A DNA stretch of 64,000 nucleotides from Vicugna vicugna (taxonomy: Eukaryota), in the NCBI GenBank assembly GCA_013265495.1, contig MU058451.1:2599305-2663304 (forward strand), given 5' to 3'. The translations under genes were made by a program, and so were the position numbers. The notes under the pieces were generated by a model, which ran no database searches, was not told the DNA's origin, and saw nothing but the letters and a program-made list of their open reading frames with translations. The number at the start of each line of letters is the position of its first letter. Position 1 is the first letter of the stretch. This document shows positions 12,283-25,802 of this stretch, one piece after another.

Positions 12283-14954
12283 ATCTCTCAACTTACTTAG
12301 GTATCCTTTAACTTCAATAGTATTTTATAGTTCTCGGTATTCTTTAACACATTTGTTAGATTTATCTATAAGCAGTTCATATTTTTTAGACTACAGTAAA
12401 TGGTATTTCTGTTCAGATTGTTCCTTGCTAGTGTATAGAAATACTGATCCTGTATCCTTCTACTATACTACACTTATTCATTAGGTCTAGTATGGAGTCT
12501 ATCAGGTTTTCTACATAGAAAACCAGGTCATCTGTGAATTAGGACAATTTTATTTCTTCTTTTGCAATGTGAATACCATTTCATTTCCTTTTCTTGCTTG
12601 ACCACACTGGCTACAACCTCCAGGACAACGTTGGATAGGACTGGTGAAAGCAGACATCTCTAACTTGTTTGTGACTTTAGGGGAAAAGTGTTCAATCCTT
12701 CCACCAAACAAGAACAACATCAGCAAATAAAGTACGTCATGGACACCCATTTTCATATTGGGGAAGTTCACTTCTAGTCGTTGTTTACTGAAGCCTTTTT
12801 TTTTAAACCAAGAATGGTTACTGGATAAATGATCCCACATCTATTGAGATGACTGTGTGCTTTTTACTGTTTAGTTTGTTAATGTGGTAAATTACATTAA
12901 CTGACTTTTTGCATGTTAAACCAAACTTGCATTCCTGGAATAAGCTCCACACGGTCAGGACATATTATTCTTTTAATATATTGTTGAATTTGACTTGCTA
13001 AAATTTTGTTTAGATTTTTTACACCTGTGTTTGTGAGCAGTATTGTTCTGCAGTTTCCTTGAAATGTCTCTGTCTGGTTCTGATATCCCAGTAATGCTGG
13101 CACCAAAGTCTTTGGAAAACATTCCCTCCACTTCAAATATTTTTGAAGGGTTTATGCAGAATTGATATTATTTCTTGCTATAGTATTTGGTACAATTCAC
13201 AGTGAAACTGCCTGGACCCAGAGTTTTCTCTGGGAAAAGATTTTTTTAACTATAGTTTCAATTTCTTTAATACATATAGGGCTATTCAGATTATCTCTTA
13301 TTTTCTTCTGCTTCCTTAGGGATTAATTTGCTCTTCTTTCTCTACATTATTAAGGTGGAAGCCAAAATAATTTGAGATCTTTCTTCCTTTTTAATACAAT
13401 TAGAACTATAGAATTCCCACTAAGTATTGTTTTAGCAGCATCTTCTATTACAGTTTCTGTTCTTACTCAGTTTAAAATACTTTATAACTTCCCTTTTGAT
13501 TTCTTCTTTCAGTCATGGATTACTTATAAGCATGCTATCTAATCTCCAAATATTTGGGGATTTTTCCAACAGTCTTTCTATTAATCATTTCTAATTCCAC
13601 TGTGATCTGAGAAGATTCTTTTTATGAGCTGAATCCTTCTGAATTTATTGAGACTTGTTTTATGGCCAGAATATAGTCTATCTTAGTAAATACTATGTGT
13701 GGACTTACGAACAAATGTGTATTCTGATTTTTTTAATGGTGTTTCTGTTGCTTTATTAGTCTATTTACTCAAATTTAGCATCCCTACTATATGCCAAGCA
13801 CTGTACACATACTAGGGATCCAAGATAAGTAAGTCTGATCTTCTTGAGCAGAGTATTCTGTAAATGCAGCCAGGTCAAGTTGGTTGACCATGTTATTCAA
13901 GTCAACTATATATGTAATTTTCTGCCCTTTTGTTATATCAATTATAAATAGGGGTTACTGAAATCTGACTAAAATTGTGAATGTTTCCTTGTATTTCTAT
14001 TAGTTTTTGCTTCATTTGTTTCAAAGCTTTATTATTATGTGCATAAACATTTAGCATCGGTATGTCCTCTTAATTAACTGATCCCTTTATTGTTATGAAA
14101 TGATCTTCTTTATCTCCTGTAATGCTCCTTGCTCTGAAATCTACCTTGATATTAATAAAATCACTTCAAGTTTCTTTCTGCTAAGTCAGTATGTGTTCTT
14201 CCATTCTTTCACTATTTATGTTTCTAGTTAGTGTTTCTTACAGGCAAGTATATGGTTGGATCTTGCTTTTTTATCCAATCTGAGCCTTTAAGTTGGGGTG
14301 TTCAGACTATTTACTTTTTAAAAAGCATAAAACGTATCTCAAATTTACATGTACCTTCATACATCTTCTCTGTATTATCCAATTTTAGTAAATGTGCTAC
14401 TGAAGAAACACCAGACTATTTACATTTAATGTGATTATACATATCTTTAGGTTTGAGTCTATCATCTTGCAATTTGTTTTATGTTTTTCCCATCTGGTCT
14501 TTGTTCCCTTCTTCATCTTTTCATGGCTTCTGTTGAATTAATTATTTTGTATATTCAATTCTATCTAATCTTTTTAGCTTATTAGTTATAACTGTTTGCT
14601 ATTTTACTCACTGCTTTAAAGTTTATAATATATATCTTTATCTTATCACAGTCTACCTTTATATTATACCACCTAACATAGAGCATTAAAATCTTTAATA
14701 TCCTTCCATTTTTCCTTCAACCTTCAAGCTATTATGCAGTGTACTTTTATATATGTTATAAACCATACAATCTCTTAACATTTTTGCTTTAAATGGTCAA
14801 TTATCTTGTAAAAAGATTAAACTAATAAAAAGAATCTTACACATTTACCCAAGTAATTACCATTTCTGCTTTTCCCTTTCTTCATCTTTTTCATTTTCCT
14901 GCTGCTTGAAGGACATACTTTAAAATTTTTCTTGTAGGGGAGGAATGCTGAGCA

Positions 14955-15945
14955 AGGAATTTGAATAGACATTTCTCCAACAATGGCATACAAATAACCA
15001 ACGAGGGGGCAGGGGAGAGGGTATAGAGTGTGTGCTTAGCGTGCACAAGATCTCAGCTTCAATCCCTGGTACCTCCATTAAAAAAATAAATAAACCTAAT
15101 TATGATCCCAACAACAAAAAAAATACCCAACAAGCTTATGAAAAGATACTAAACATCATTAATATCAGAGATATGCTAATGAAAACTACAATGAGATACC
15201 ACTTCTGACCTATAAGGATGGCCATTAGCAAAAAAAGAAGGAAAGAAAGAAAAGAAGAGGGACAAAGTAAGTATCGGTGAGGATGTGGGAACGTAGAGCC
15301 CTCGTTCATTAACAGTGGGAATGTGAAATGGTACAGCCACTATGGAAAACCGTAATGAAACACAGAATTACCAAAGGACCCAGCAATTTCACTTCTGGAT
15401 ATACACCCAAAATAACTGAAAGCAGGGACCTAACCAGGTATGTGTACACCCATGTTCACTGCAGCATTATTCACAATAGCCATAAGGTGGAAGCAACCCA
15501 ACTGTCTATCCATGGATGAATGGATAAACAAAATGTGGTATATACATAAAAAGGAATATTATTCAGCCTTAAAAGGGAAATTCTGACACATGCAATAGCA
15601 TGGATGAACTCTGAAGACATTATGCTAAGTAAAATAAGCCAGTCACAAAAGGACACAAATTGTACAATTCCACTTATATGAGAAATCTAGAATAGTCAAA
15701 TTCATAGAGACAGAAAGTAGAGTGGGGTGGTTGGCAGGCGCTGGTGGATTGGAGAATGGGAAGCTAGTGTTTTAATGGGCACAGAGTTTCAGTGAGAATA
15801 TCAAAAAATTCTGCAGATGGATGATGGCGATGGTTGTAGAACACGCTTCATGTACCAAATGCAACCATATACTTAAAAATGGTTAAAATGGTCGACTTTA
15901 TGTTTACATATATTTTACCACAATTTAAAAATTAAAAAATTAAAG
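14955..15945 (+). mobile_element. L1MB-like 3' end
   Basis: MVQPLWKT and HCSIIHNS ORF2 terminus, 3' UTR atagagacagaaagtaga...tattttaccacaat, A tail. Confidence 0.85.
15004..15120 (+). mobile_element. Vic-1-like SINE (degenerate A box) inserted in L1
   Basis: gcttagcgtgcacaag..ttcaatccctggtacctccatt..aaacctaatta; TSD aaataaccaa / aaatacccaa. Confidence 0.8.
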
Positions 15946-15959
15946 GAAACAACAAGTCA

Positions 15960-16745
15960 CTTCTTTTTGAAAAGCACTTTCAGTGAGAATAGAATTTAAA
16001 GTTGACAAGTATTTTTCTTTCCATATCTTAAAGATGTCACTCCACTCTTTTCTGGCTTGCAGTTTCCAACAAAAACTGTCATTCTTATCTCTATGTCTCT
16101 GTTCGTAATGTCTTTTTTCCTCTGATTGCTTTTAAGATTTCCTTTCACTATCACTGATTTTCAGCCATTTGATTATGATGTGCCTTGGTGTGATTTTTTA
16201 ATGTTTCCCTCAAATTAGATTCATTGGGCTCTATAGGTCCATGGGGTTTATAGTTTTCAATTAACATAGAAAAATTTTGGTCATTATTTGTTCTAAGATT
16301 TTCCACTTCCCTCTCTTCTCCTGAGAATCTAATTAATTTATCTTAGACTACATGATATTATCCAACAGGCCATAGATGTTCTGCTCATTTTTTTTATACT
16401 TTTCACTCTGTACTTCATTTTGGATAGTTGCTCTTCCTACATATTTAAAATCACTTGTCTTTTCTTCTACAGTCTTATCTGCTATTAATTCCATCCAGTA
16501 CTTGTTAATTGCAGGTATTGCACTCATCTCTAGAACTTGCATTTAAACATATATTTTTATCTTTTATTTCTGTCCTCAACATTTTCCTGTTTTCCTTTAC
16601 CTTCCTGAACATTGACGGCGTATTAATAGCAACTCTTTTCATAGCTTTATCTGTTAAATCAATCATCTTAGTCATTTCTGGGTCTCTATTGATTGTTTTT
16701 TTTTATCCTTGTTATGGATCATACTCTCACGTTTCTTTGTAAATA
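15960..16745 (-). mobile_element. Old L1 ORF1/5' fragment
   Basis: T-rich degenerate L1 sequence; minus-strand ORF1-like IQNEVQSEK..NEQNIYGLLDNI. Confidence 0.55.
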
Positions 16746-18859
16746 TTTTTTTTTATTGAAGTGTAATTGACATAACACCAAATGAACCATTTCAAAGTGA
16801 AGATACCGGTGGCATTTAGTATATTCGCAGTGCTGTGCACGTACCACCTCTACCTAGTTCCGAAACATTGTTATCACACCAAATTAACTCTGTACTCACT
16901 AGGCCATTACTCCTGTTTTCTCCTTTCTCCCAGGACCTGGCAACCACCAAGCTATGTTCTGTCTGTATAAATTTATTTATTCTGGATATTTCACACAGAT
17001 GGAATCATACAGTACGTGGTCCCATGTCTGACTTCTTTCACTTAGCAAAATGTTTTTGAGGTTCACCATACTGTATCATGTACCAGTACATCATTTTTTT
17101 TTTAACAGCTGAATAATATCCTATGGCATGTATATGCCAGTTTGTTTACCCATTCATCCTTCTACAGACATCTGGGCTGCTTCCACCATTTGGCTATTAT
17201 AAACAGTTTTACTCTGAACATGTGTGTACATACATTTGAGTACATTTTCAATTCTATTTGGTATACATCTAGCAGTGGAATTGTATGGTAATTCTGTTTA
17301 ACTTTTTAAAGAACTGACACAGTTTTCCACAGAAGGTGAAACACTTTGCAGTCCCACCAAGTGTTCTGGTTTCTTCACATCCTCACCAACACTTGTTACT
17401 GTTTCATTCTAGCCATCCTAGTGAGCATCAAGTGGCACTCATTCTGGTCTTCCTTTGCATTTCCATAATCACTGATGAGGTTGAGCATTTGTTCATGTGC
17501 ATGTTGGCCATTTGTACATCTTTGGAAAACTGTCTATTCAAGTCCTTTTCTTGTTTTTAGTTGGGTTATCTTCTTGTTGAGTTATAAGAGTTTTAGTTCT
17601 TATATTTAGGTTATTGATCCACTTTGACCTAATTTTTACATGTGGTTTGAAGTAGGGATCCAAGTTTATTCTTTTGCATGTGGATATCCAATTGTCCCAG
17701 AACTATTTATTGAAAAGATTATTATTTCCTGCATTGAATGATCTTGGCAATCTTTCCAAAGTCAGTTAGCTATAGTTTATTTCTAGCCTCTCAATTCTAT
17801 TCCACTGATCTATACCTTTATCCTTATGCCAGTGCCACACTGTTTCGATTACTGTAGTTTTACACACAAGCCCTCCAACTCTGTTCTCTTTTAGGATTGT
17901 TCTGGCTATTTGGGTCCACTGCAATTCCCTAAGAAGCTAAAGATCAGTTTTGCCAGTTCTGCAAAAAAGGTCACTGGAATTTTAACAGACATCACACTGA
18001 ATCCATATGTTGCTTTGCATAGTATTGCCAAATTAACAATACTAAGTCTTCCGATCCATAAATACAAAACATTTTTCCATTTTTTCAGGTTGTCTTTAAT
18101 TTCTTTCAACAATGTTGTATAGTTTTCAGAGTACAAGTATTTTAATTCCCGTATGCTTCTGGATGCTATTATAAATGGAACTGTTTTCTTAATTTCCTTT
18201 TTGGATTGTACACTGCTGGTTTACAAAAACACTATTGTATTTTGTGTGTTGATTTGTACTTACAACACTTCTGAATATGTTTATTAGCTCTATTTAGGTT
18301 TTTTTGTAGATTCTTTGGGATTTTCTAAATATAAGGTAGCATGTCATCTGCAAAGAGAAATATTTTTACTTCTTCCTTCCCAATCTGGATATACCTTATT
18401 TCTTTTTCTTGCCTGATTGCTCTGGCTATAACTTCCAGTACACTGCGGAATAGCAGTATTGAGAATAGGCATCCTTTTCTTGTCCATGAACATAAAGAGA
18501 AAGCTTTTAGTCTTTCGCCATTGAGTTGGATGTTAGCTATGAGTTCTCCATAAATGCCCTTTATCATGTTGAAGAAGTTCCTTTCTATTCCTAGTTTTTG
18601 AGTGTTTCTATTATGAACAGGTGTTGGATTTTGTCAAATGCTTTCTGTAACAACTGAGGTGATCATGTGGATTTTTTTCCTTCGTTCTGTTAATGTGGTG
18701 GATACACTGATTGACTTTCCTATGTTGAACCACTCTTGCATTCCTGGAATAAACTGCACTTGGTCAAGGTGTACAGTCCTTTAAACATATTGTTGGATTC
18801 ACCTTGTCAGTATTCTGTTGAAGTTTTTTGCTCTATATTCATAAGAAATATTGATGTGT

Positions 18860-18895
<36 letters not shown>

Positions 18896-20030
18896 CTTCT
18901 GGTGTCTTTGTTTAGCTTTATTATCAGGGTAATACTGGCTTCACAGAATAAGTTAGGAAGTATTTCCTCCTCTCTTATGTTTTGGAAGAGTTTGAGAAGG
19001 AATGGTGTTAACTCCTCTTTAAATGTTTTGTAAAAATTCATCAGTGAAGCCATCCAGTCCTGGATTTTTCTTTGGGAGGGATTTTTTTTTTTTAATTACT
19101 GATTCAATCCATTTTTACTTCTTATAGGTCTGTTCATATTTTCTGTTTTTTTGAGTCAGTTTTGGTAATCTGTGTTTCTAGAAATTTGTCCATTTCGTGT
19201 AGGTTATCCAATCTGTTGGCATACAATTGCTCACAGTACCCTCTTATAATCCTTTTCATTTCTTTAAGGTTAATGGTAATGTCCCCACTTCCATTTCTGA
19301 TTTTAGTTATATGCGTCTTTGCTCTTTTTCTTTGTCAGTCTAGCTAAAGGTTTGTCAATTTTGTTGATCTTTTCAAAGAATCAACTTTCGGTTTTACTGA
19401 TTCTCTATATTGTTTCCCATTCTCTATTTTGCTTACTTCCACTTTAATCTTTCTGATTTTCTTTCTTCGGCTAACTTTGGGTTTAATTTGCTCCTCTTTT
19501 TCTAGTTTCCTTAAGGTAAAAAGTCAGGCTATTTGTTTGAGATCTTCCCTCTTTTCTAATTGTAGGTTTACTGCTATAAATTTCCCTCTGAGCACTGCTT
19601 TCACTGCATCCCATAGTTACAGTATATTGTGTTTTCATTTTCATTTGTCTCTAATTATTTTCCAATTTCCCCTGTGATTTCTTCTTTGACTTGTTGGTTA
19701 TTTAAGAATGTGTTTTTAATTTCCACTTATTTGTGAGTTTTTCAGTATTCTTTCTGTCATTGATTTCTAGCTTCATTCCACTGTGACCAAAGTAGCTACA
19801 CTGCATGATTTCAATCTTTTAAAATGTATTGAGACTTGTTTTGTGGCCCAATATGTGGTCTATTCCTGGAGAATGTTTCACGTACACTTGAAAAATAATG
19901 TGTATTCTGCTGTTGCTGGGTGTTCTGTATGTATCTGTTAGGTCTAATTAGTTTATAGTGGTGTTCAAGTCCTCTGTTTCCTTACTGATCTTCTGTCTAG
20001 ATGCTCTATTCCTTATTCAAGATGAGGTAA
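16745..20030 (-). mobile_element. L1MB-like element, ~3.3 kb with internal deletions
   Basis: ORF2 remnants ([41 protein letters not shown]); poly-T start at 16746. Confidence 0.9.
18862..18895. repeat. Poly-T tract (~34 nt) inside L1 ORF2
   Basis: Directly visible. Confidence 0.95.
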
Positions 20031-20654
20031 GCATTTTAATTTTGGACTGGATTACAAACATCATGAATTTTACATTGTTGCACTCTGAATTGCTCCTCAA
20101 TATACTTTTGGACTTTGTTCTGGTGCACGTTACAAGTACTTGGGATCTTCTGGGGCCTTCTGGAGACTGCAATGCCCCATGTATTGCAAGGTCCCTACAC
20201 TATAAATTGTGGAGACACAAACTATTCCCAGCCTTTGTGAGCCCAAGAAATTTTCTTACTGCTTTCCAGTAGTTCTTTCCCTGGCTTTCCATAGGTCCTG
20301 TCATGCATCTACAGATCAGACTCAGCAAAATATTCAAGACGATAATCCTCTGTGGCCACTCTCCCCCACAGCTCCCTTCTCTCTGGTGCTCTGCGCTACA
20401 GTTCTAATCACCTTGGCCTTCCCAAATGCTGATCTTTGTTTCCTAGTCCCATCAAAACTGGGATCTGTTTTGATTCCTCCTCCTCTCACTGTGGCCTGTG
20501 AACAGTCTAGTCTCTAATGTAAACTGGTGCAACACAAGGGCTTACCTCATTTGTTTCCATTGTCTCAGGGACCACAGTCTGGTGCCACCTGTCACCCAAT
20601 GTCTAAAAGCCACTGGTCACATGTCTAGATGTTCACAAGTTATTTAAGGAGAAA

Positions 20655-21200
20655 GGGTTTATTAGTGCTGCATAACAAATTACCCCCAACTTAGTGACTT
20701 TGAAAAAACAAGCATTTATTTTTTTCATAGTTTCTGAGGTTCAGCAATCAAGGAGCAGCTTGGCTGGGTGGTTCTAGCTCAGAATTTCTCATGGGGGTGC
20801 AGTCAAGATGTCAGTGGGCCAGTAGTCTGAGGCTGGAAGCCAGACAAGGGCTGAGAGATCTGCTTCCACGAAGGCTCAGTCACACACTGTTGGCTAAAGG
20901 CCTCGGTTCCTTGTTAGCTGTTGGCAGGAGCCTCCATTTCTCACCATGTGGGCCTCTACATAGGGCTGTTCACAACACGGCAGCCAACTACTCTCAGAGT
21001 GAGCAGTGTGGGGTGGCACAGAGGGAGAGAGAGGAGGATGCAGAAGCCACAATGTCTTTTAAAACTGATTCTTGGAAATGATCCATCACCTCTACCATAT
21101 TCTACTGGCCACACACACAAATGTGTGGGAGGATTACACAATGGTGTAAATAGCAGGGGGCATGGATCGCTGGGAGCCACCTTGGAAGCTGGCTACCCAC
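20655..21200. mobile_element. MLT1 (MaLR) LTR
   Basis: tgctgcataacaaattacccccaacttagtgactt..aacaagcattta to ggagccaccttggaagctggctacccaca. Confidence 0.75.
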
Positions 21201-22329
21201 AGGATAAATCTTGTTATGCCAGCATGGCAGAAAGCCAAAGTGTCTTTATACATGTTAACTTTCTTATGTTTCCTGCACTTTTAATCCTATCACTATAGCC
21301 TGCATCCTATGACTTCAAGTGAGATAGGCAAATTGTAGATCCTACCCCAAAGCCAGACTTGGAGGAAAAACAAGTAAACTTAAGTAGTAGCAGCTTTTAA
21401 GAAAAAAGGCTAGAGTTCTGGTGCCTACAGAAGAAAAGGAGAGCACCTGCAGCTCACCTGGGTTTGAAAAATGTCCAAGTGCTTCACTTCCACAAACAAC
21501 TACTTCAATGACCAACCTAAATGTCTGCCCTCCTGTCTCATCAATCTCCAAAGTAGCAAAAGCAACAGCTCCAGTCCCAGTAACACTAACAGAGTAGCAA
21601 GAATAGCAGGGCCAATGCTAAGCACGTGGCCTCTGTCATCTCAATGACTCCTCGCAACAAACCTGTGAGACAGGCACCATTATCCTTTAAATGCTAGGCC
21701 TTTTGTTTCTTGATGATCAACCCTGGCTTTACACTTCACCGTACACCTTGATACAACTTTATTCTTTCTCTATAACACCTGGCTCCCTCTTGCCCTACAG
21801 GGTTCTCCACTCTCCTGGCACTGAAATTCAGTTTGTCCTCCTCATTCTCCGATTCCCCTTGAGTCAGGCCTTAAAGCTTCCCCTTAGCTTCCATGTTCCC
21901 GACAGCTACTACCAAACGTCTTTAAAAGGAACCACCAGACTACTTAGGCCTCTGTTAATCCCCTGCTGCTGGGCTCTCCCAATGCAGCCTGACGTAGATT
22001 CCCCAACCCCATAGGACACACTGCCCTGTCAAGTCTGCATCACTAACTAACCCCCCCAAATTCGCCCTATTTCAGTCACTAATTGTAAAATATTATTTCA
22101 TAGCACATGTGCCTTCTTAATTTATATTTGCTACAGCTTAATGTTAAAATGGGTTTCCTTTCCCTAAGGGCTTATAAATTAATCATCAGGGAGAAAGGTC
22201 CAAAATACACAAAAATCTTACCTAGTATGGTGCCCTGGAAACACAGGACATCATCATTTATTTTTTGAATAATGAATGAAAAAATATGAAGTAATGATTA
22301 TAAACAGTAGCTCAGAAAAATTCTCAAAG

Positions 22330-22975
22330 GAATTTTCTCAAAATCCAAAGAATTTTATTTACAAATAAAAAGGTAAAGATGCTAGGGGACACATACAAGC
22401 AATTCAAAAAAGACAAGACACAAAAGAACAAATATAAGCAAACCATAGAAATGAAAATTAAAACATCACTTTTTGTCAGACAGATTGAAAAAGACTGAAA
22501 ATTTGCCAAGGAAATATGGGGAAAAGCATTCTAATAAACTTTCAACAGATAAAATTCTGTATTTTTGGTATTTATGCATCAAATATCTTTAAAATCTGCA
22601 TACCCCTTTGACTAGTATTTCCATTTCTAATAATTAATTGCAAGAAAATAATGGACAAAGGAACACAGATACATGCAAAAAAAAAATACTCACTGTGGCA
22701 CTATGATAGGAAATCTGTCCAACAATAAGGATTTGATTAAATAAATTTTAGTGCTTCCAAACTATGGATTATTATTAAGTCACTTCAGAATATTCTGTAT
22801 TACATAATCCCAGTTTTTTAAATAACATATATTCACATAAAAACATACCTGTATAGAAAAAAATCTATAAGTATACACCCCAAAATGTTAGCAGTGATTA
22901 TTTCTGTAAAAGAATAGTGGAATTACTTGCAATTTTTTCCCTTTTACTTATCTATTCCACCTAATTTTTCTACAT
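22330..22975 (+). mobile_element. Ancient L1ME-like 3' fragment
   Basis: Degenerate L1 3' motifs (tgcatacccctttgac..ttccatttcta, tgtccaacaataagg). Confidence 0.5.
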
Positions 22976-24219
22976 GAGTTGCACATGGATAACAACACAC
23001 ATTCTTAAAAGGCAAAAGTAAAAATGAGGTGCACAATTTAAAGGTGGAAGTGCCATTATCATAACAGAACATGGAACATCCCCATGTTCCCTAATAATAA
23101 TAATGTCAGCAGAATTAATATCAAATAAAATATAAGTAGCTTAGTGTTCAATAGCCTAGTCTTTAATTAGTTCTAGGAACATATATGGAAGAATCTGCTA
23201 GTACTATGCAGGCATTTTAAGAAAACAAAAGACCTCCCAAATAAAAATTTAGCACTAATCCTACAGGCGGTGTTAAAAATCACACAGTAAAAATCTCAAA
23301 TATGTCAAGATCAGTGTCAGCTTCAATTGCCTTTTCATGCCTTTCCACATTATCCTGAGAGCCCTCTAATGGTAGAGCAGCCACCATGAAAATAATAAAA
23401 CATAAAAGCCACTCATAAGTTTAAGAATTCAATGTGACTTAAGGTCTGGATGAAGAGAAGGTCATCTCCACAACTTCCACTATTCCAAATTAGCTTCACT
23501 TTTCCCCTCAGACTTGAACATTTTGGGGGATAAAACTTAGTCAATAACAAGTAAGGGTCCTGAAGTGAGTCAAGGAATACATATCTGTTATGAGCAAAGC
23601 ATGCGCGTCTCCAGACACTGTGGACAACGCCAGCCAAAGCCCAGGGAACTGCCTATGGCCATGCAGAATGTCACCCAGGAGTTGTTTTCAATGCCTGGTT
23701 CAACGTGACCACTAGCACAGTCAGCAAATCCTCATTAAGACTAACTTATAAACCGTAATTTTCAATGATGTTGACTGGCATAAAATGAGTGATCACTTCC
23801 ATCTGTCTATGGTAGAATAGGAAACAAATTATTCTAATTGCACCCGTATAATTAAGGGCAGGTGTCTGCACAGTCACTTAGGGGGAACTACAGCACAGTT
23901 TGAACGTCATGACTCATCAAACTGCATCAACGCAGCCAGTGGGACCTGACAGCAGCCATGAAGGCACAGGAAGCACCAAGCACAGTATGATTCCTTTTAT
24001 CCTGTGTTAGTAACATCTTTGATGGAAGCAATATCTGCTGCACAAGAAAACTGTCTAGTCCAAGGAGAAAACTGAAGAACAACTTTGTATAAGGGAGAGA
24101 TTTTACACTAGTGGCATTTGTGTAAAGCAACATCATATGATACCAAAACTAACAATGCAATCACGTGATTATTGTCAACAAAAACGGAGATCTCCTGGCT
24201 TTAGTGACAACCCTGGCAT

Positions 24220-24740
24220 CATTCATCTACTTGTTCAGCAAACACATGAAAACCATATATAACAAGAACTATTCTAGGACCTGGGGATGCAGGAGTAAAC
24301 AAGCAAAGTGACTGCCTTCGCGAAGCACATCTAACAAGGAAGACAGATGTAAAATATTTACACAGCTGAATAGAACTTCAAATGCCAGGATGTCACTAAA
24401 TAAAAGGGCAGGGTGCTATGAGAGCAACTCCTACGCCTGGGAGTCCAGGGAGCCAAGCACAGAGGAAGGGAGGAGAGGTCCAGGGAGAGGTAGTTTGTGC
24501 AAAGACCCTGCAGCTGGAACGAACCTGCTCATTCTAAGACCTGAAAGAGTCTAGTTTGACTGAAACATTTAAATTGTTTCCTGGGCACACATTAAGTTTG
24601 AGATCCTGTGATGTTAAGAGATCAAGGTGGTAACTGCTACTTGAGTCTGGAGCTCAGAAAAGAAGCCCAGACTAGGTATAAACTTAGAAGTCAGTGGCTT
24701 CGAGATGGTATGTGACACAGAGGAACTGGAGATCTCTTAG
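24220..24740 (-). mobile_element. L2 3' fragment
   Basis: cattcatctacttgttcagcaaaca..ttctaggacctgggga; gagtctggagctcagaaaagaag. Confidence 0.6.
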
Positions 24741-25428
24741 GCAAGGTGAGCTCGATGGGCGAGGGGTGGGTGTGGTGGTCATTATTTCTTCAAATCACAA
24801 AAAATTAATTACTTCTTGCAATCTCATTACTACTCTCTTGATTTGCACATGTGAAATGAAACAAAGTATTTGCTAACATTACAGTTATGATACAATGCCC
24901 TTCTTGTTCAGAAAGGATAAGATTAAAGGTATGAAGTCATTGGAGAAATGCCAAGACCTAAGAAAAATATTTCTTTCAGTGAGTCTAGGGCATTAAATGC
25001 TACAGTTTATTTAGCAGAGCACCTCCTTCTAGCCTTTTCCAGTGCTCTAGAAAAAAGAATCTTTTTTTAACACAGTGATACAGCTACTTCAAAAGATTTG
25101 TCACTAGAAACACTTCCAGTCTGCAGAACTGCCACCTGCCCAAGTCAGATCATGACTGTAAGCATTCTGAGCACACCAGCAAGTCCTGGAGGGATGTGAC
25201 ATCAAAAAGAACAGACCTCCTGCTCTGTACACTCAAAAGTTATCAATTTTCAGGACCATCACTATAACGCTTACTCAGCCTGCCCTGCAGTCTTTCTATG
25301 ATGAATATATAGTATATAATTGCTCTGTCAAGTGGTAGTCAGGTTATGGTTATAGAAAAGCTGAGTTAAAATCCATGACAGATGGCCCAAGCACCATATA
25401 AGTGCGGCATGCCTTAACACAAACTCAC

Positions 25429-25446
25429 CTGATTTATCTGAAGCAT
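25429..25446 (-). CDS. STAU2: STAU2 alternative start MLQINQ, within 66-nt exon 25429-25494
   Basis: ATG CTT CAG ATA AAT CAG|GTGAGT encodes MLQINQ, the known N-terminus of the shorter STAU2 isoforms. Strong acceptor tttcttcattttcattttctAG before 25494; phase-0 donor. Confidence 0.92.
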
Positions 25447-25604
25447 GTTAAAACAATAGTGACCAAACTGCTGTATCCCTCACGGCTCCAAAAACTAGAA
25501 AATGAAAATGAAGAAACAAAGTTCAACTTAGTTGGTGATCTCAGTGATCAGCACTTTAAACACATGCCCATGACCAAAATCAAATAGAAAATGGAGATCT
25601 ACAT

Positions 25605-25802
25605 CAGCACAGAGCTTCCTAAGATGATAAACATGCTCTCTATCTTTGCTGTCCAACCTGACAGCCACTAGCCACCTGTGGCTACTGAGCACTTGAAATG
25701 TGTGCTTAAAACAACTGAGAAAGTAGATTTTAAATTTCCTTTAATGTTATTTAAACTCAAATAACCACATGTGGCTGATGACCACCATACTAGACAGTGC
25801 AG
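25605..25802. mobile_element. MER3/MER33-like hAT-Charlie element
   Basis: agccactagccacctgtggctactgagcacttgaaatgtg...ccacatgtggct..tagacagtg. Confidence 0.7.

Larger units (their letters stand above)
10545..14935 (-). mobile_element. Old L1 ORF2 fragments, interrupted by a SINE and a Tigger element
   Basis: Minus-strand ORF pieces resemble L1 ORF2 (LGNDFLDTTPK..YWEKVFAKHIPD; NKILASQIQQYIKRII..IPGMQVWFN). Confidence 0.8.

Noticed and set aside
10795..19053. ORFs with RT-like motifs such as LFADDM
   Set aside because: Fragmented L1 ORF2 relics with stops and frameshifts, not an active element or host gene.
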